In this document: in pieces, positions 10,993 to 19,059 of the stretch
How positions within the stretch are numbered: position 1 is the stretch's first letter
Layout: the number at the start of each line of letters is the position of its first letter
Assembly: GCA_023270055.1 (NCBI GenBank)
Contig: JAGDYB010000008.1
Span: 3,438 to 67,437, forward strand
Direction of reading: 5' to 3'
Length of the DNA: 64,000 nt
Source: Candidatus Micrarchaeota archaeon
GTDB taxonomy: Archaea > Micrarchaeota > Micrarchaeia > Micrarchaeales > CABMGC01
Program-made: the position numbers and the translations under genes
The notes under the pieces: generated by a model
Database searches by the model: none
The model's input: only the letters and a program-made list of their open reading frames with translations
Told to the model about the DNA's origin: nothing

Positions 10993-12285
10993 TTGATGCG
11001 TATGCCGTTGCAAATGCTGCTTGTCACGGTCCTGCTTTCCGTTGGCGCGGTTAACGCGCTTGTTCCGATAATAATAATACTCATACTTATAGCGGCAGCA
11101 GCTGCAGTGCGCGGAACAAACCTCCTTCAAATGTTCGGTATCTCCGCTTTAGCAGGCATAGGCATCGCTGGCAGAGGTTCGCTGTCGCAGCGCAACGCGT
11201 TTAACATGCCCGCACGAAGCCTGTTGTCAGGCAAGGTAAAGAAAAACTTAGGGCCGATTAAAAATAAGATCTCAAAAAAGATAGATCCATACAGTGGCGA
11301 CAAGAAAATTCAAAATTATCAAAAGCAGCTGTTAGGGCACGAAATAACCCTTGCGCAGTATAAAACCCTATATAACAAACGCAAGCAAGAGATAGACAAA
11401 GAACTGAAACTGCAAAAAGTGCAAAAGAAATGGCAAAGGTCCGGCTCTGGAAGCGCCATCATGGGTAATGCGGTGGAAGAAGAATTAAACAGGAATACGA
11501 TTAAGGTCAAATTTAGGAAAGAAAAAGATAATGGAATATTAATATCGCCTTTGTACGCAGGCACAACAGGAGGTTTGCTCTACCGCAATGCCAAAAAGTA
11601 TGCAGTGGGGAAGGAGGGTAAGCCGGTGAAAATACCTAAAAATATGACAAAGGCTGAGAGATCGCTCAAAAAGATAGTGAACAGCGAAAAGGCATCAGCT
11701 TATGAGAAGGCGATGGCTCAGGAGCAGTTGGATACGCTCGGCAGCTTGCGACACCAGCTTACGGAAATGCAGCACAGCGAGGCTGCAAAAATGAAGGAGT
11801 TCAACAAGAAGAGAGACGCAGCGCTTAAAGATTTGGAAAAGAAGCGCCAATCTGGGGAGATAACAAAGAATGAATACAAAAAAGGAAAAGAAGCGCTGCG
11901 TAAAGAGGAGCTTGAAATGAAGAGGAATTTCTTCGAAAAACATGCTTCAACATTCAAAAACTGGTATGAGAATGAGTGGGTGCCGAACGTAGAGCTGAAA
12001 ACTATTGTGAGCCAGCGCAACGCGCTTGACCAGAAATTCCTTAAGGGGGAAGTAACGAAAGAGCAATACCGGAAGGAACTTTCCGACATAAAGAATCATC
12101 TTGAATATATAGCACCAAATGGGGAATACGATACCCACACCATGCAAAATGACATAAACTACAAGCTTGAGAAAGGCATATTCCCAAAGAAGGAGTGGAG
12201 CCCTGAAAGAGAGTCAACTAGGGGCATAAAAGAGTTTGAAGAAAGAAGCAGAATAAACAAAAGAATAAACAAAAAGCTGAAGTGA
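10993..12285 (+). CDS. Membrane-anchored Lys/Glu-rich coiled-coil protein
   Basis: N-terminal hydrophobic helices (LLVTVLLSVGAVNALVPIIIILILIAAAAA) are followed by about 350 aa of K/E-rich, low-complexity helical sequence. It lies 5 nt after the giant surface protein gene. The start could be ATG at 10996. Confidence 0.7.
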   Translation: MMRMPLQMLLVTVLLSVGAVNALVPIIIILILIAAAAAVRGTNLLQMFGISALAGIGIAGRGSLSQRNAFNMPARSLLSGKVKKNLGPIKNKISKKIDPYSGDKKIQNYQKQLLGHEITLAQYKTLYNKRKQEIDKELKLQKVQKKWQRSGSGSAIMGNAVEEELNRNTIKVKFRKEKDNGILISPLYAGTTGGLLYRNAKKYAVGKEGKPVKIPKNMTKAERSLKKIVNSEKASAYEKAMAQEQLDTLGSLRHQLTEMQHSEAAKMKEFNKKRDAALKDLEKKRQSGEITKNEYKKGKEALRKEELEMKRNFFEKHASTFKNWYENEWVPNVELKTIVSQRNALDQKFLKGEVTKEQYRKELSDIKNHLEYIAPNGEYDTHTMQNDINYKLEKGIFPKKEWSPERESTRGIKEFEERSRINKRINKKLK

Positions 12286-12339
12286 CTTTTCAAGAAAAAA
12301 ATCAGCTGATGTAAGGCCTAAAAACAAAAACCAAAAACT

Positions 12340-12450
12340 TCATTCGTCGTCTTCGTCGTCGATGTCTTCAGTGTCGTCTGTGTCGTCATCAAGGTCCTCA
12401 TCATCATCTTCATCTTCTCCTTCAAAGTCTTCGTCGTCGTCTTTTGCCAT
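12340..12450 (-). CDS. Putative 36-aa hyper-acidic micro-protein
   Basis: The reverse strand reads ATG GCA AAA GAC... = MAKDDDEDFEGEDEDDDEDLDDDTDDTEDIDDEDDE*. It is preceded by GAGGTG 5 nt upstream of the ATG and an A/T-rich TATA-like stretch. It is too short for the ORF track. The listed + ORF 12362-12544 (poly-Ser) is its antisense shadow. Confidence 0.45.
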   Translation of the reverse strand: MAKDDDEDFEGEDEDDDEDLDDDTDDTEDIDDEDDE

Positions 12451-12569
12451 GTTAACACCTCTCATTTATTGTATATACAAAACATATAAAAAGCTAATGC
12501 AAACTTGGCGCTGCATGCACGCTTTTCTTGCCAAATCTTTATAATGTTTGCCGGCAATATTTTTATGCT

Positions 12570-12666
12570 GGGCTCTTAGCTCAACGGTAGAGCGTCCGCT
12601 TTGCAGGCGGAAGGTTGCGGGTTCGAATTTGGCTTCTGCGAGGCCACGAAAATCCCGCAGAGTCCA
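12570..12666 (+). tRNA. tRNA-Ala(UGC) with a ~25-nt non-canonical intron in the T-arm (12629-12653)
   Basis: Fold: GGGCTCT TA GCTC AACGGTA GAGC G TCCGC TTTGCAG GCGGA AGGTT GCGGG TTCGAAT [TTGGCTTCTGCGAGGCCACGAAAAT] CCCGC AGAGTCC A. It has the G3:U70 alanine identity pair. The cloverleaf closes only if the bracketed insert is removed. A TTTATAA box lies about 30 nt upstream. No CCA is encoded. Confidence 0.85.
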
Positions 12667-12892
12667 CTGGATTTTTCAGAGGGAACTTTATCGTAAGCCA
12701 GTGAAAAATTCAAAATGCAATGCAGGGTCAGTCAGCTCAGGCCAAATTATAGAGCACCTAGCATATCCAAGCCTAGAAAAGGCGCATAATATCTTGTTTA
12801 AACTTGCCAATTCTGTCCCCATATATATTGCGCAAACGCCGCGCGCAGCATATGAGCCTGAAAACTTATAAGCATTTGCACCTTAACTATTA

Positions 12893-14152
12893 ATGGTTTG
12901 CATGATCGGCGTAGGCATACTCTTCATAGCAATAGCTGCAATAGCCTTCTTGGGATTTGTCATAAACGCACTTTTCGAGAGGTTGAAATTTACAGATGTG
13001 CTTCCACTCATGCTCATAGGCCTGCTCATAGGTCCGCTGCTGCATCTTGTCAACGTGAGCCCGACAAGCACCGTAGCAGAGCTTACGCCGTACGTCACCG
13101 CAATCGCAATAGCTTTCGTTCTTTTCAACATAGGCATGAACATAAAGGCGAAGGAACTGAGCAAGGTTTTCGGAAGGGCAAGTGCCTTCACATTCGCAGT
13201 GCAAATAGCTATAGGCATTACGCTTGCTATAGCCACCTTTTTCATATTCAAATGGAGCCTGATAGAAGCCTTCATTTTCGGCTTTGCGGTTTCGGGGCCC
13301 AGCACAATAATAGTGCCGGTGCTTGCTAGCGTGGTCAGGGTGCCAAATAAACTAAAGGTATCGCTTGTGTACGAGAGCGTGATAACTGACATAGCCGAGC
13401 TTATCGTGCCCATACTACTGCTTGGCTTCATGATAAATTCAAGCATAATAAATGCCACATACATAGGCTCCTTCGTCTTCACAGTGATATTCGGTTCAAT
13501 ACTTATAGGTTTTCTTTCGGCACTTTTCTGGCTTTACATAATGAACAGGTTCAAGGACTACAGCCGCGGATACAGCTGGGTTCTTACTATGACAATGGTC
13601 ATCGCGACATACGGCATTGCGCAGCAGTTTGGGCTGAACGGCGCAATAACAATATTTGTCTTCGGCCTTCTGTTCTACAACATAGGTGCGAGGGAAAAGA
13701 AATCCATGAAAAGCAAGGACATACTTGGCAAGTACTTTGCGATAGATGGCGACGTTGACCATGTCATTAAATACCAGAGGGAAGTTGTATTCTTCGTTAG
13801 CACATTCTTCTTCGTCTACATCGGTCTTCTTTTCAATGTGCAGCAGGCGACGCTGTTCAGCATAGGCATCGCCGCATTACTCTCCGTTGCGATAGTTCCT
13901 ATGCGCGCCTTATTCACTCCTATATTGGGCAAGTTTATGTCAGAAGGCGGAATAAGGCGAAAGGTGGAGCGCCGTCTGGTAAGTTTCGACATGGCAAGGG
14001 GTCTTTCCCCAGCTATAGTTGCCACATTGCCACTCAGCATGGGAATAAACATACCCTATTTTGTCGATTTGATATTCATGCTCATACTCTTTACCAACAT
14101 TATATCAAGCGTAGGCATTGCCTATTCTTACAAGCCCAAAGTGTACAAGTAG
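12893..14152 (+). CDS. Cation/proton antiporter (Na+/H+ exchanger family)
   Basis: 419 aa with about 11-12 TM helices. The N-terminus ...IAFLGFVINALFERLKFTDVLPLMLIGLLIGP is typical of CPA-type exchangers. Confidence 0.8.
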   Translation: MVCMIGVGILFIAIAAIAFLGFVINALFERLKFTDVLPLMLIGLLIGPLLHLVNVSPTSTVAELTPYVTAIAIAFVLFNIGMNIKAKELSKVFGRASAFTFAVQIAIGITLAIATFFIFKWSLIEAFIFGFAVSGPSTIIVPVLASVVRVPNKLKVSLVYESVITDIAELIVPILLLGFMINSSIINATYIGSFVFTVIFGSILIGFLSALFWLYIMNRFKDYSRGYSWVLTMTMVIATYGIAQQFGLNGAITIFVFGLLFYNIGAREKKSMKSKDILGKYFAIDGDVDHVIKYQREVVFFVSTFFFVYIGLLFNVQQATLFSIGIAALLSVAIVPMRALFTPILGKFMSEGGIRRKVERRLVSFDMARGLSPAIVATLPLSMGINIPYFVDLIFMLILFTNIISSVGIAYSYKPKVYK

Positions 14153-14184
14153 CCCAATACCTTGGCCACCGCAGCGCGAAAATG

Positions 14185-14297
14185 CGCCGGAGCTGGGATT
14201 TTCAGCATGCGCATTTGAACCCAGATTGCCAAAAGGCAACCAGATCTCGAGTTTCGCCAAAAATTACTGGCGCGTTACCTGGTTCCGCCACTCCGGC
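14185..14297 (-). tRNA. tRNA-Ser(CGA), class II, with two non-canonical introns (14253-14266 in the anticodon stem; 14198-14212 in the T-arm)
   Basis: The reverse strand folds as GCCGGAG TG GCG GAACCAGGTAA CGC G CCAG[TAATTTTTGGCGAA]A CTCGAGA TCTGG TTGCCTTTTGGCAA T CTGGG TTCAAAT [GCGCATGCTGAAAAT] CCCAG CTCCGGC G. It has a perfect 7-bp acceptor stem, a G73 discriminator and a long variable-arm hairpin. TATAAAA lies about 30 nt upstream. The listed ORFs 14118-14429 and 14182-14448 are spurious. Confidence 0.8.
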
Positions 14298-14483
14298 ACA
14301 AATACATCTGTCTATGAATTATTTTATACTTATCTATGCCTGCGCCAGCGTGGACTCATCAATTCGGCCGCCTGTGCTTCGGTATATACTAGTGCCGCTA
14401 AATTGCAAAATCCTATCAACGCAACCTAACAAATATAAAAGTTTTTAAATAAGATATTCCTATAAAAGATAGATGGTATTTCT

Positions 14484-16019
14484 ATGAGTGGTTCCAGCTA
14501 TGCGCTAAGGGTAACCATATTCGTGTTTGTGGTTGCCGTTTCGGCGTTGAGCGTAGGCATCTCCGTATACTTTATCTCAATGTCATACAACCTCTACATG
14601 CTGGTAGTTTCACTGCTTTTCCTAATACTTTCGCTTATAGCCTCGATATTTAACATCATAGCTGCATTCTGGTATTACAACTCTTATTTCTACAAGAGCA
14701 AATACACCTACGCTGCCTCAAGAAACAAGAGGTTGGATTACTATCCGACCGTGGCAATCGCGGTACCAACCTACAATGAGCCTGCTTCAGAAGTCATATC
14801 CACAATGGAAAAGGCTAAGAGGATCAAGTATCCGCGCAACAGGATAAACTTTTACCTTCTTGATGATTCGACAAACGAGGAGATAGCGTCAAAGCTGTCC
14901 AAATACGCTTCTGAGAGTGGCGTAAATTACATACACCGCGACAACAGGAAAGGCTTCAAGGCGGGTGCACTCAACAATCTCCTCAGGCAGAGCAGCGAGG
15001 AGTTTATAGCAATATTTGACGCGGACGAGTATCTTACCAACAGGAACTTCCTGATTGAGCTTTTGCCCATATTCAATGACAAGGACATTGCCTATGTGCA
15101 AACCGAGAAAAGATATGCGAAAAACAACCTGTTTTCGAACGCGGTTGACATGATGTTCGCATTCTTCTTCAAATTCGCGCAGACGTCGAGAGCAATGCGC
15201 GACACGGCAAACTTTGCGGGTTCATGCGCAATAGTAAGGAAGGATGCGCTGCTGAAAATAGGCGGCTTTCCTGAACATGTGCTCGAAGATACGTTCCTGT
15301 CATTCGAAATGAAAAACAACAACTTCAAGGGAGTTTATATACACAAGAACTATGCATTGGGCAGGCCCATGAACAAGTTCATTGCCTTTGCGAGGCAACA
15401 GTGGAGATACAACTACGGAGGCACGGAATTTCTATACCACTACCTGAAAACAAAAAAGGAATATAAGGCAAACACCATGTCTAAGCTGGACTACATAAGC
15501 CACGGCTTCGGCCTAAACTACATTTCCATAATTCTTATATTGTTCACAATACTTTCCGTGCTCATAACCTTTGGCGGATTTCCGTTTGCCCACGCTTCGG
15601 TGAGCCAGCTGCTAAGCGCCAATTACATAAACGAATTTTTTGAGCTAGGCCTTCTCACAACCCTAGTTATTTTCATCGCGCCGCTGCTGCTTTCCAAGAT
15701 ATATTTCAATTCTTTCAAATCCGGAATAATGGTTTACATACTGAACTTTTCCGTTGCGTTCATAAGGGCAAAGGCAGCTGTGCAAGCCACGCTTGGCCTC
15801 AAGCCTAAGAATCTGTGGGCAAAAGGCAATCTGGGCACGAGGCGTGGTGCGTTCCTGTTTGCGCTTAAAAACTCCGTTGCGGAGGTATCTTTTTCGACTG
15901 TGCTCTTCGCATTTTCGGTATTTGCCATAGCAAACAGCAATTTCTCTGGCGGCATCTGGCTGTTGTGGTACAGTCTGCTGTACGGCTCCACATTCGTTTT
16001 CTTCTACAAATACCGGTAA
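14484..16019 (+). CDS. Membrane-integrated processive family-2 glycosyltransferase (cellulose/chitin/hyaluronan-synthase-like)
   Basis: Two N-terminal TM helices, a GT2 core with LLDDS, FDADE and LEDTF, a Q-x-x-R-W signature (ARQQWRYNYG), then 4-5 C-terminal TM helices. Confidence 0.8.
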   Translation: MSGSSYALRVTIFVFVVAVSALSVGISVYFISMSYNLYMLVVSLLFLILSLIASIFNIIAAFWYYNSYFYKSKYTYAASRNKRLDYYPTVAIAVPTYNEPASEVISTMEKAKRIKYPRNRINFYLLDDSTNEEIASKLSKYASESGVNYIHRDNRKGFKAGALNNLLRQSSEEFIAIFDADEYLTNRNFLIELLPIFNDKDIAYVQTEKRYAKNNLFSNAVDMMFAFFFKFAQTSRAMRDTANFAGSCAIVRKDALLKIGGFPEHVLEDTFLSFEMKNNNFKGVYIHKNYALGRPMNKFIAFARQQWRYNYGGTEFLYHYLKTKKEYKANTMSKLDYISHGFGLNYISIILILFTILSVLITFGGFPFAHASVSQLLSANYINEFFELGLLTTLVIFIAPLLLSKIYFNSFKSGIMVYILNFSVAFIRAKAAVQATLGLKPKNLWAKGNLGTRRGAFLFALKNSVAEVSFSTVLFAFSVFAIANSNFSGGIWLLWYSLLYGSTFVFFYKYR

Positions 16020-16023
16020 TATT

Positions 16024-16332
16024 ATGCTCTATATCAAGACATACGCGACCGAAAAAGGCTCGATGCTTGCAATGTGCGATGAGAAACTTATTGGCAAGGT
16101 AATAGAAGAAGGGGACATCGTTATAGACCTCGACAGTTATGCTGACTTCTACAAAGGCGACCTGGTTGATGTGGAACTGGCAAAGGAAAGAATCAACAAA
16201 TTGAAGATCCATACCGCAAACATAATAGGAGACGAATCCGTTGGCATCTTGATAGAAGAAGGCATAGTAAAGAAGGGCGATGTGGGCGTCGTAGCCGGCG
16301 TGCCATACGTACACATTTACCGCATTGACTAG
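16024..16332 (+). CDS. DUF424-family small protein
   Basis: 102 aa. MLYIKTYATEKGSMLAMCDEKLIGK... resembles the conserved archaeal DUF424 family. Confidence 0.6.
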   Translation: MLYIKTYATEKGSMLAMCDEKLIGKVIEEGDIVIDLDSYADFYKGDLVDVELAKERINKLKIHTANIIGDESVGILIEEGIVKKGDVGVVAGVPYVHIYRID

Positions 16333-16673
16333 CCTTTTGCGTTCAGCTTCGCTATTGCCTCAGCAATATTGCCGTTCACTTCCTCGAGCGTGGACCTTAT
16401 CAGGTTCATGTCGCTTATGCCAGTCTGTTCGCTAACGAACTTAATATCGTCGTCGGTTATCTCTATCTTGGCCTTGCTTTTCTCTGTTACGTTTCCTGCC
16501 ACCTGGAACGAGAGCGCGCCTTGCATTTCTATCTTAACCACTTGCGGGTTTTCTATTATTATATCAACGTCGTCCCCTTCTATGATTACGCGTTTTGCTG
16601 ATATTTCTTCGCTCTTTATCCCCATCCTGTCCATCATTCCTTTCAGTGCCCTCGGATCTATATTAGGCATCAT
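16329..16673 (-). CDS. nac: Nascent polypeptide-associated complex protein (NAC alpha)
   Basis: MMPNIDPRALKGMMDRMGIK..., a NAC domain and a C-terminal UBA-like tail (LIRSTLEEVNGNIAEAIAKL). Confidence 0.88.
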   Translation of the reverse strand: MMPNIDPRALKGMMDRMGIKSEEISAKRVIIEGDDVDIIIENPQVVKIEMQGALSFQVAGNVTEKSKAKIEITDDDIKFVSEQTGISDMNLIRSTLEEVNGNIAEAIAKLNAKG

Positions 16674-16758
16674 TTAAACAACCTCAACAAATGCTTTTCA
16701 CAGTGAAAGTATATTTATCTTTTGCTGGCACCGCCGCGCGGCGTTTGCGCGTGCTAGG

Positions 16759-17976
16759 CTATTGCTGCCCGTTTTTCATTATTTCGTCGAGCAGGACGGT
16801 GGCGTAAGATCCTGCCGGCAGTGAAAATCCAATGCGTAAGCTCCCCCCTTCGTCTTCCTCTGCAATATTTGTATCCCTTACTGGTGCAAGTATACACCTA
16901 AAAGATCCTTTCATGCTTAGCTCCGGCATGCCCTTTACTTTGAACATCTCTTTTGATATTCCGAGCTCCCGCATTGCTTTAAGTTCATAATCGCCGATGT
17001 ACCTCTCGTTGGTATCATAACCAATCAGTGGCGCAACCGGATATGTGCCAGATTCAGAAATACTACCCATGTCCGGGAATTGGTATGTGCCAATTCCAGC
17101 ATAAACTTTCGTTCCAAAGTCCGCCTGTTCTATTCTGAAGTCCAGAGCGGCATTGAATATAGTGTCCTCAACCGCATGCACGAAAAGTAGCGCAATCCCC
17201 CTCGGAAGTATGCGTATCGCATTGGCAAAATTCTCATATTTGCTTAGATAAGCAATCATCTTTCGCTCGTATTTGAGATACTTCGGGAAATACTCAAGCG
17301 CCTTGGAAAAGTCCATCTCCTCTGCAAGTCTCCTGCGCGCCTCTATCGCCTCAGCATTTTTCTCATTATCGGTGTTTAGCAGGAATTCAAGCACCGCATC
17401 CCTGAAATTGCCTGCAAGCATGTGCAATCCGACTTTGGCGTTGTTCTGCCGCGATCCGAATCTCTGTTTGTCAAAGTAGTTGGGCATAAGCCCGTTTAGC
17501 TCCTCAAGCGTTGCCATCGCGTTTTGCGCTGCGTTTCCCTCAACATGCTCTATTTTTATGTCAAAATTATTGCCCAAAAGGTCACCAAGCTTCACTCCGG
17601 TTTCCGAGTTCCAAGCCCCATTTATAGAGATATCCTTTAATTTGAGCGCACGCAGCTTTTCCAGTTCCGCGCCATAAATACTTGCAAGCTGCACGCTTGA
17701 CGATATGCGATCCTTCATACCTGCATATCCAAGCGATTTCCTGCCCCTGCCAACCATGCGGCCTATTTTCTCCAGTGCCTGCACAGTGTTCCAATTGTGC
17801 TTCTCAAGAACAAACTTTACGAACTTGCCTCCCTCGCTTTCGCCAAGCTCAAGAGCGGAATATATCCTGCCGGGGCGCAGCACGGTGCCATTCTTTGTAA
17901 TTTCATTCACTGAAAAGGCTTCGGCGCTCTGCTTTATGCTGCCTTTTATACCTTTGCCTTTTGTCAAATACTGCAT
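16759..17976 (-). CDS. truD: tRNA pseudouridine synthase D (TruD/Pus7 family)
   Basis: 405 aa. GYAGMKDRISSSVQ (catalytic Asp motif GxKD) and NYFDKQRFG motifs. Confidence 0.88.
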   Translation of the reverse strand: MQYLTKGKGIKGSIKQSAEAFSVNEITKNGTVLRPGRIYSALELGESEGGKFVKFVLEKHNWNTVQALEKIGRMVGRGRKSLGYAGMKDRISSSVQLASIYGAELEKLRALKLKDISINGAWNSETGVKLGDLLGNNFDIKIEHVEGNAAQNAMATLEELNGLMPNYFDKQRFGSRQNNAKVGLHMLAGNFRDAVLEFLLNTDNEKNAEAIEARRRLAEEMDFSKALEYFPKYLKYERKMIAYLSKYENFANAIRILPRGIALLFVHAVEDTIFNAALDFRIEQADFGTKVYAGIGTYQFPDMGSISESGTYPVAPLIGYDTNERYIGDYELKAMRELGISKEMFKVKGMPELSMKGSFRCILAPVRDTNIAEEDEGGSLRIGFSLPAGSYATVLLDEIMKNGQQ

Positions 17977-18132
17977 ATAAAAACCTATGGCAAAAGGTTA
18001 ATAATATATTAATATTTATAATAACAATACCTTAGTGACCTGATTGGTCATGCTGGCAGAAACATCAATGGAAAGCCGGCGGAATAACAAGGGCGTTTAT
18101 AGCCCTAAATCATTTGCCGCGTTCCATCTTGC

Positions 18133-19059
18133 ATGGAGCTGGCTTGCAAAATGTCAAAAGGTACAGGCCTTTTATCAAGTGGTCGCTTGGAACACGATTC
18201 GCTGCTTACCAAGGTAATATACAAATTGGTCAAAAAGCATATTGCAGGGCATACCATGGCTTCTGCCATAGCCAAGGCAAAGGAATTCAATGCACTTGGC
18301 ATACCAGCATCGATAACATTCCTGACGCAGACGCCACAGGATAAGGCAAAGGCAAACTACGTGCTTGCCACGTACATGCAGCTTATACGCGAGGTATCCA
18401 GGCTTAACGTCAAGGCCAGCGTGCACATGCATATCAAGCAGCTTGGCAGCACCATAAGTGCCGATACTGCTGCATCAAACCTCGAAAAACTTCTGAAGGT
18501 CGGAAACAAGAGTGGTGTGTTTCTTTGGTGCGAAGTAGACAGCGTAAATGACGAATACAGCATAATAAAAAAATTCGAGAATGCGAGAGGCCTTGGGTTT
18601 GCGTGCAGCAGCATAGACGACGCTTTGCATTACGTAAGCAGGCAGAGGAAGGCAGGTGTGCTGAAGGTGTCATGCAGCGATGGCATAAGTGCAACAAGAA
18701 AGGATACATCTGAGGCTGGCGCGAAAAAAGAAAAGAAAAAGGGCAAAGAGACGGGCAACATTGAAAAGGTTGCGAAGCTTTTGGATGCGAGCTCAAGCCT
18801 TGTGCTTCTGTCGCCAGATGAGCGCCTGGTCAAGAATTTAACGAAAGGCAAGAGGAATTACAAAAAATCTTTAGTTTTTGAGTTTCAACTTGGATATAAC
18901 GAAAAGAGGCTAAGGGAAATGGCGAAGCTTGGGCTAAACCTAAGTATCTACATGCCATTCGGCAAGGATTGGGTGAGCTATGCAATGAGCAGGGTTCCTG
19001 AGGGCTATCTCAGGGCCGTCAGCCATAGATTGCTTAAGGAGCAGGGGGAAGAGCCTTGA
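18133..19059 (+). CDS. Proline dehydrogenase-family (PRODH-like) protein, paralog 1
   Basis: HIAGHTMASAIAKAKEFNALGIPASITFL... and C-terminal YMPFGKDWVSYAMSRVPEG resemble monofunctional PRODH. It is more divergent than the paralog at 60667-61518. Confidence 0.6.
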   Translation: MELACKMSKGTGLLSSGRLEHDSLLTKVIYKLVKKHIAGHTMASAIAKAKEFNALGIPASITFLTQTPQDKAKANYVLATYMQLIREVSRLNVKASVHMHIKQLGSTISADTAASNLEKLLKVGNKSGVFLWCEVDSVNDEYSIIKKFENARGLGFACSSIDDALHYVSRQRKAGVLKVSCSDGISATRKDTSEAGAKKEKKKGKETGNIEKVAKLLDASSSLVLLSPDERLVKNLTKGKRNYKKSLVFEFQLGYNEKRLREMAKLGLNLSIYMPFGKDWVSYAMSRVPEGYLRAVSHRLLKEQGEEP

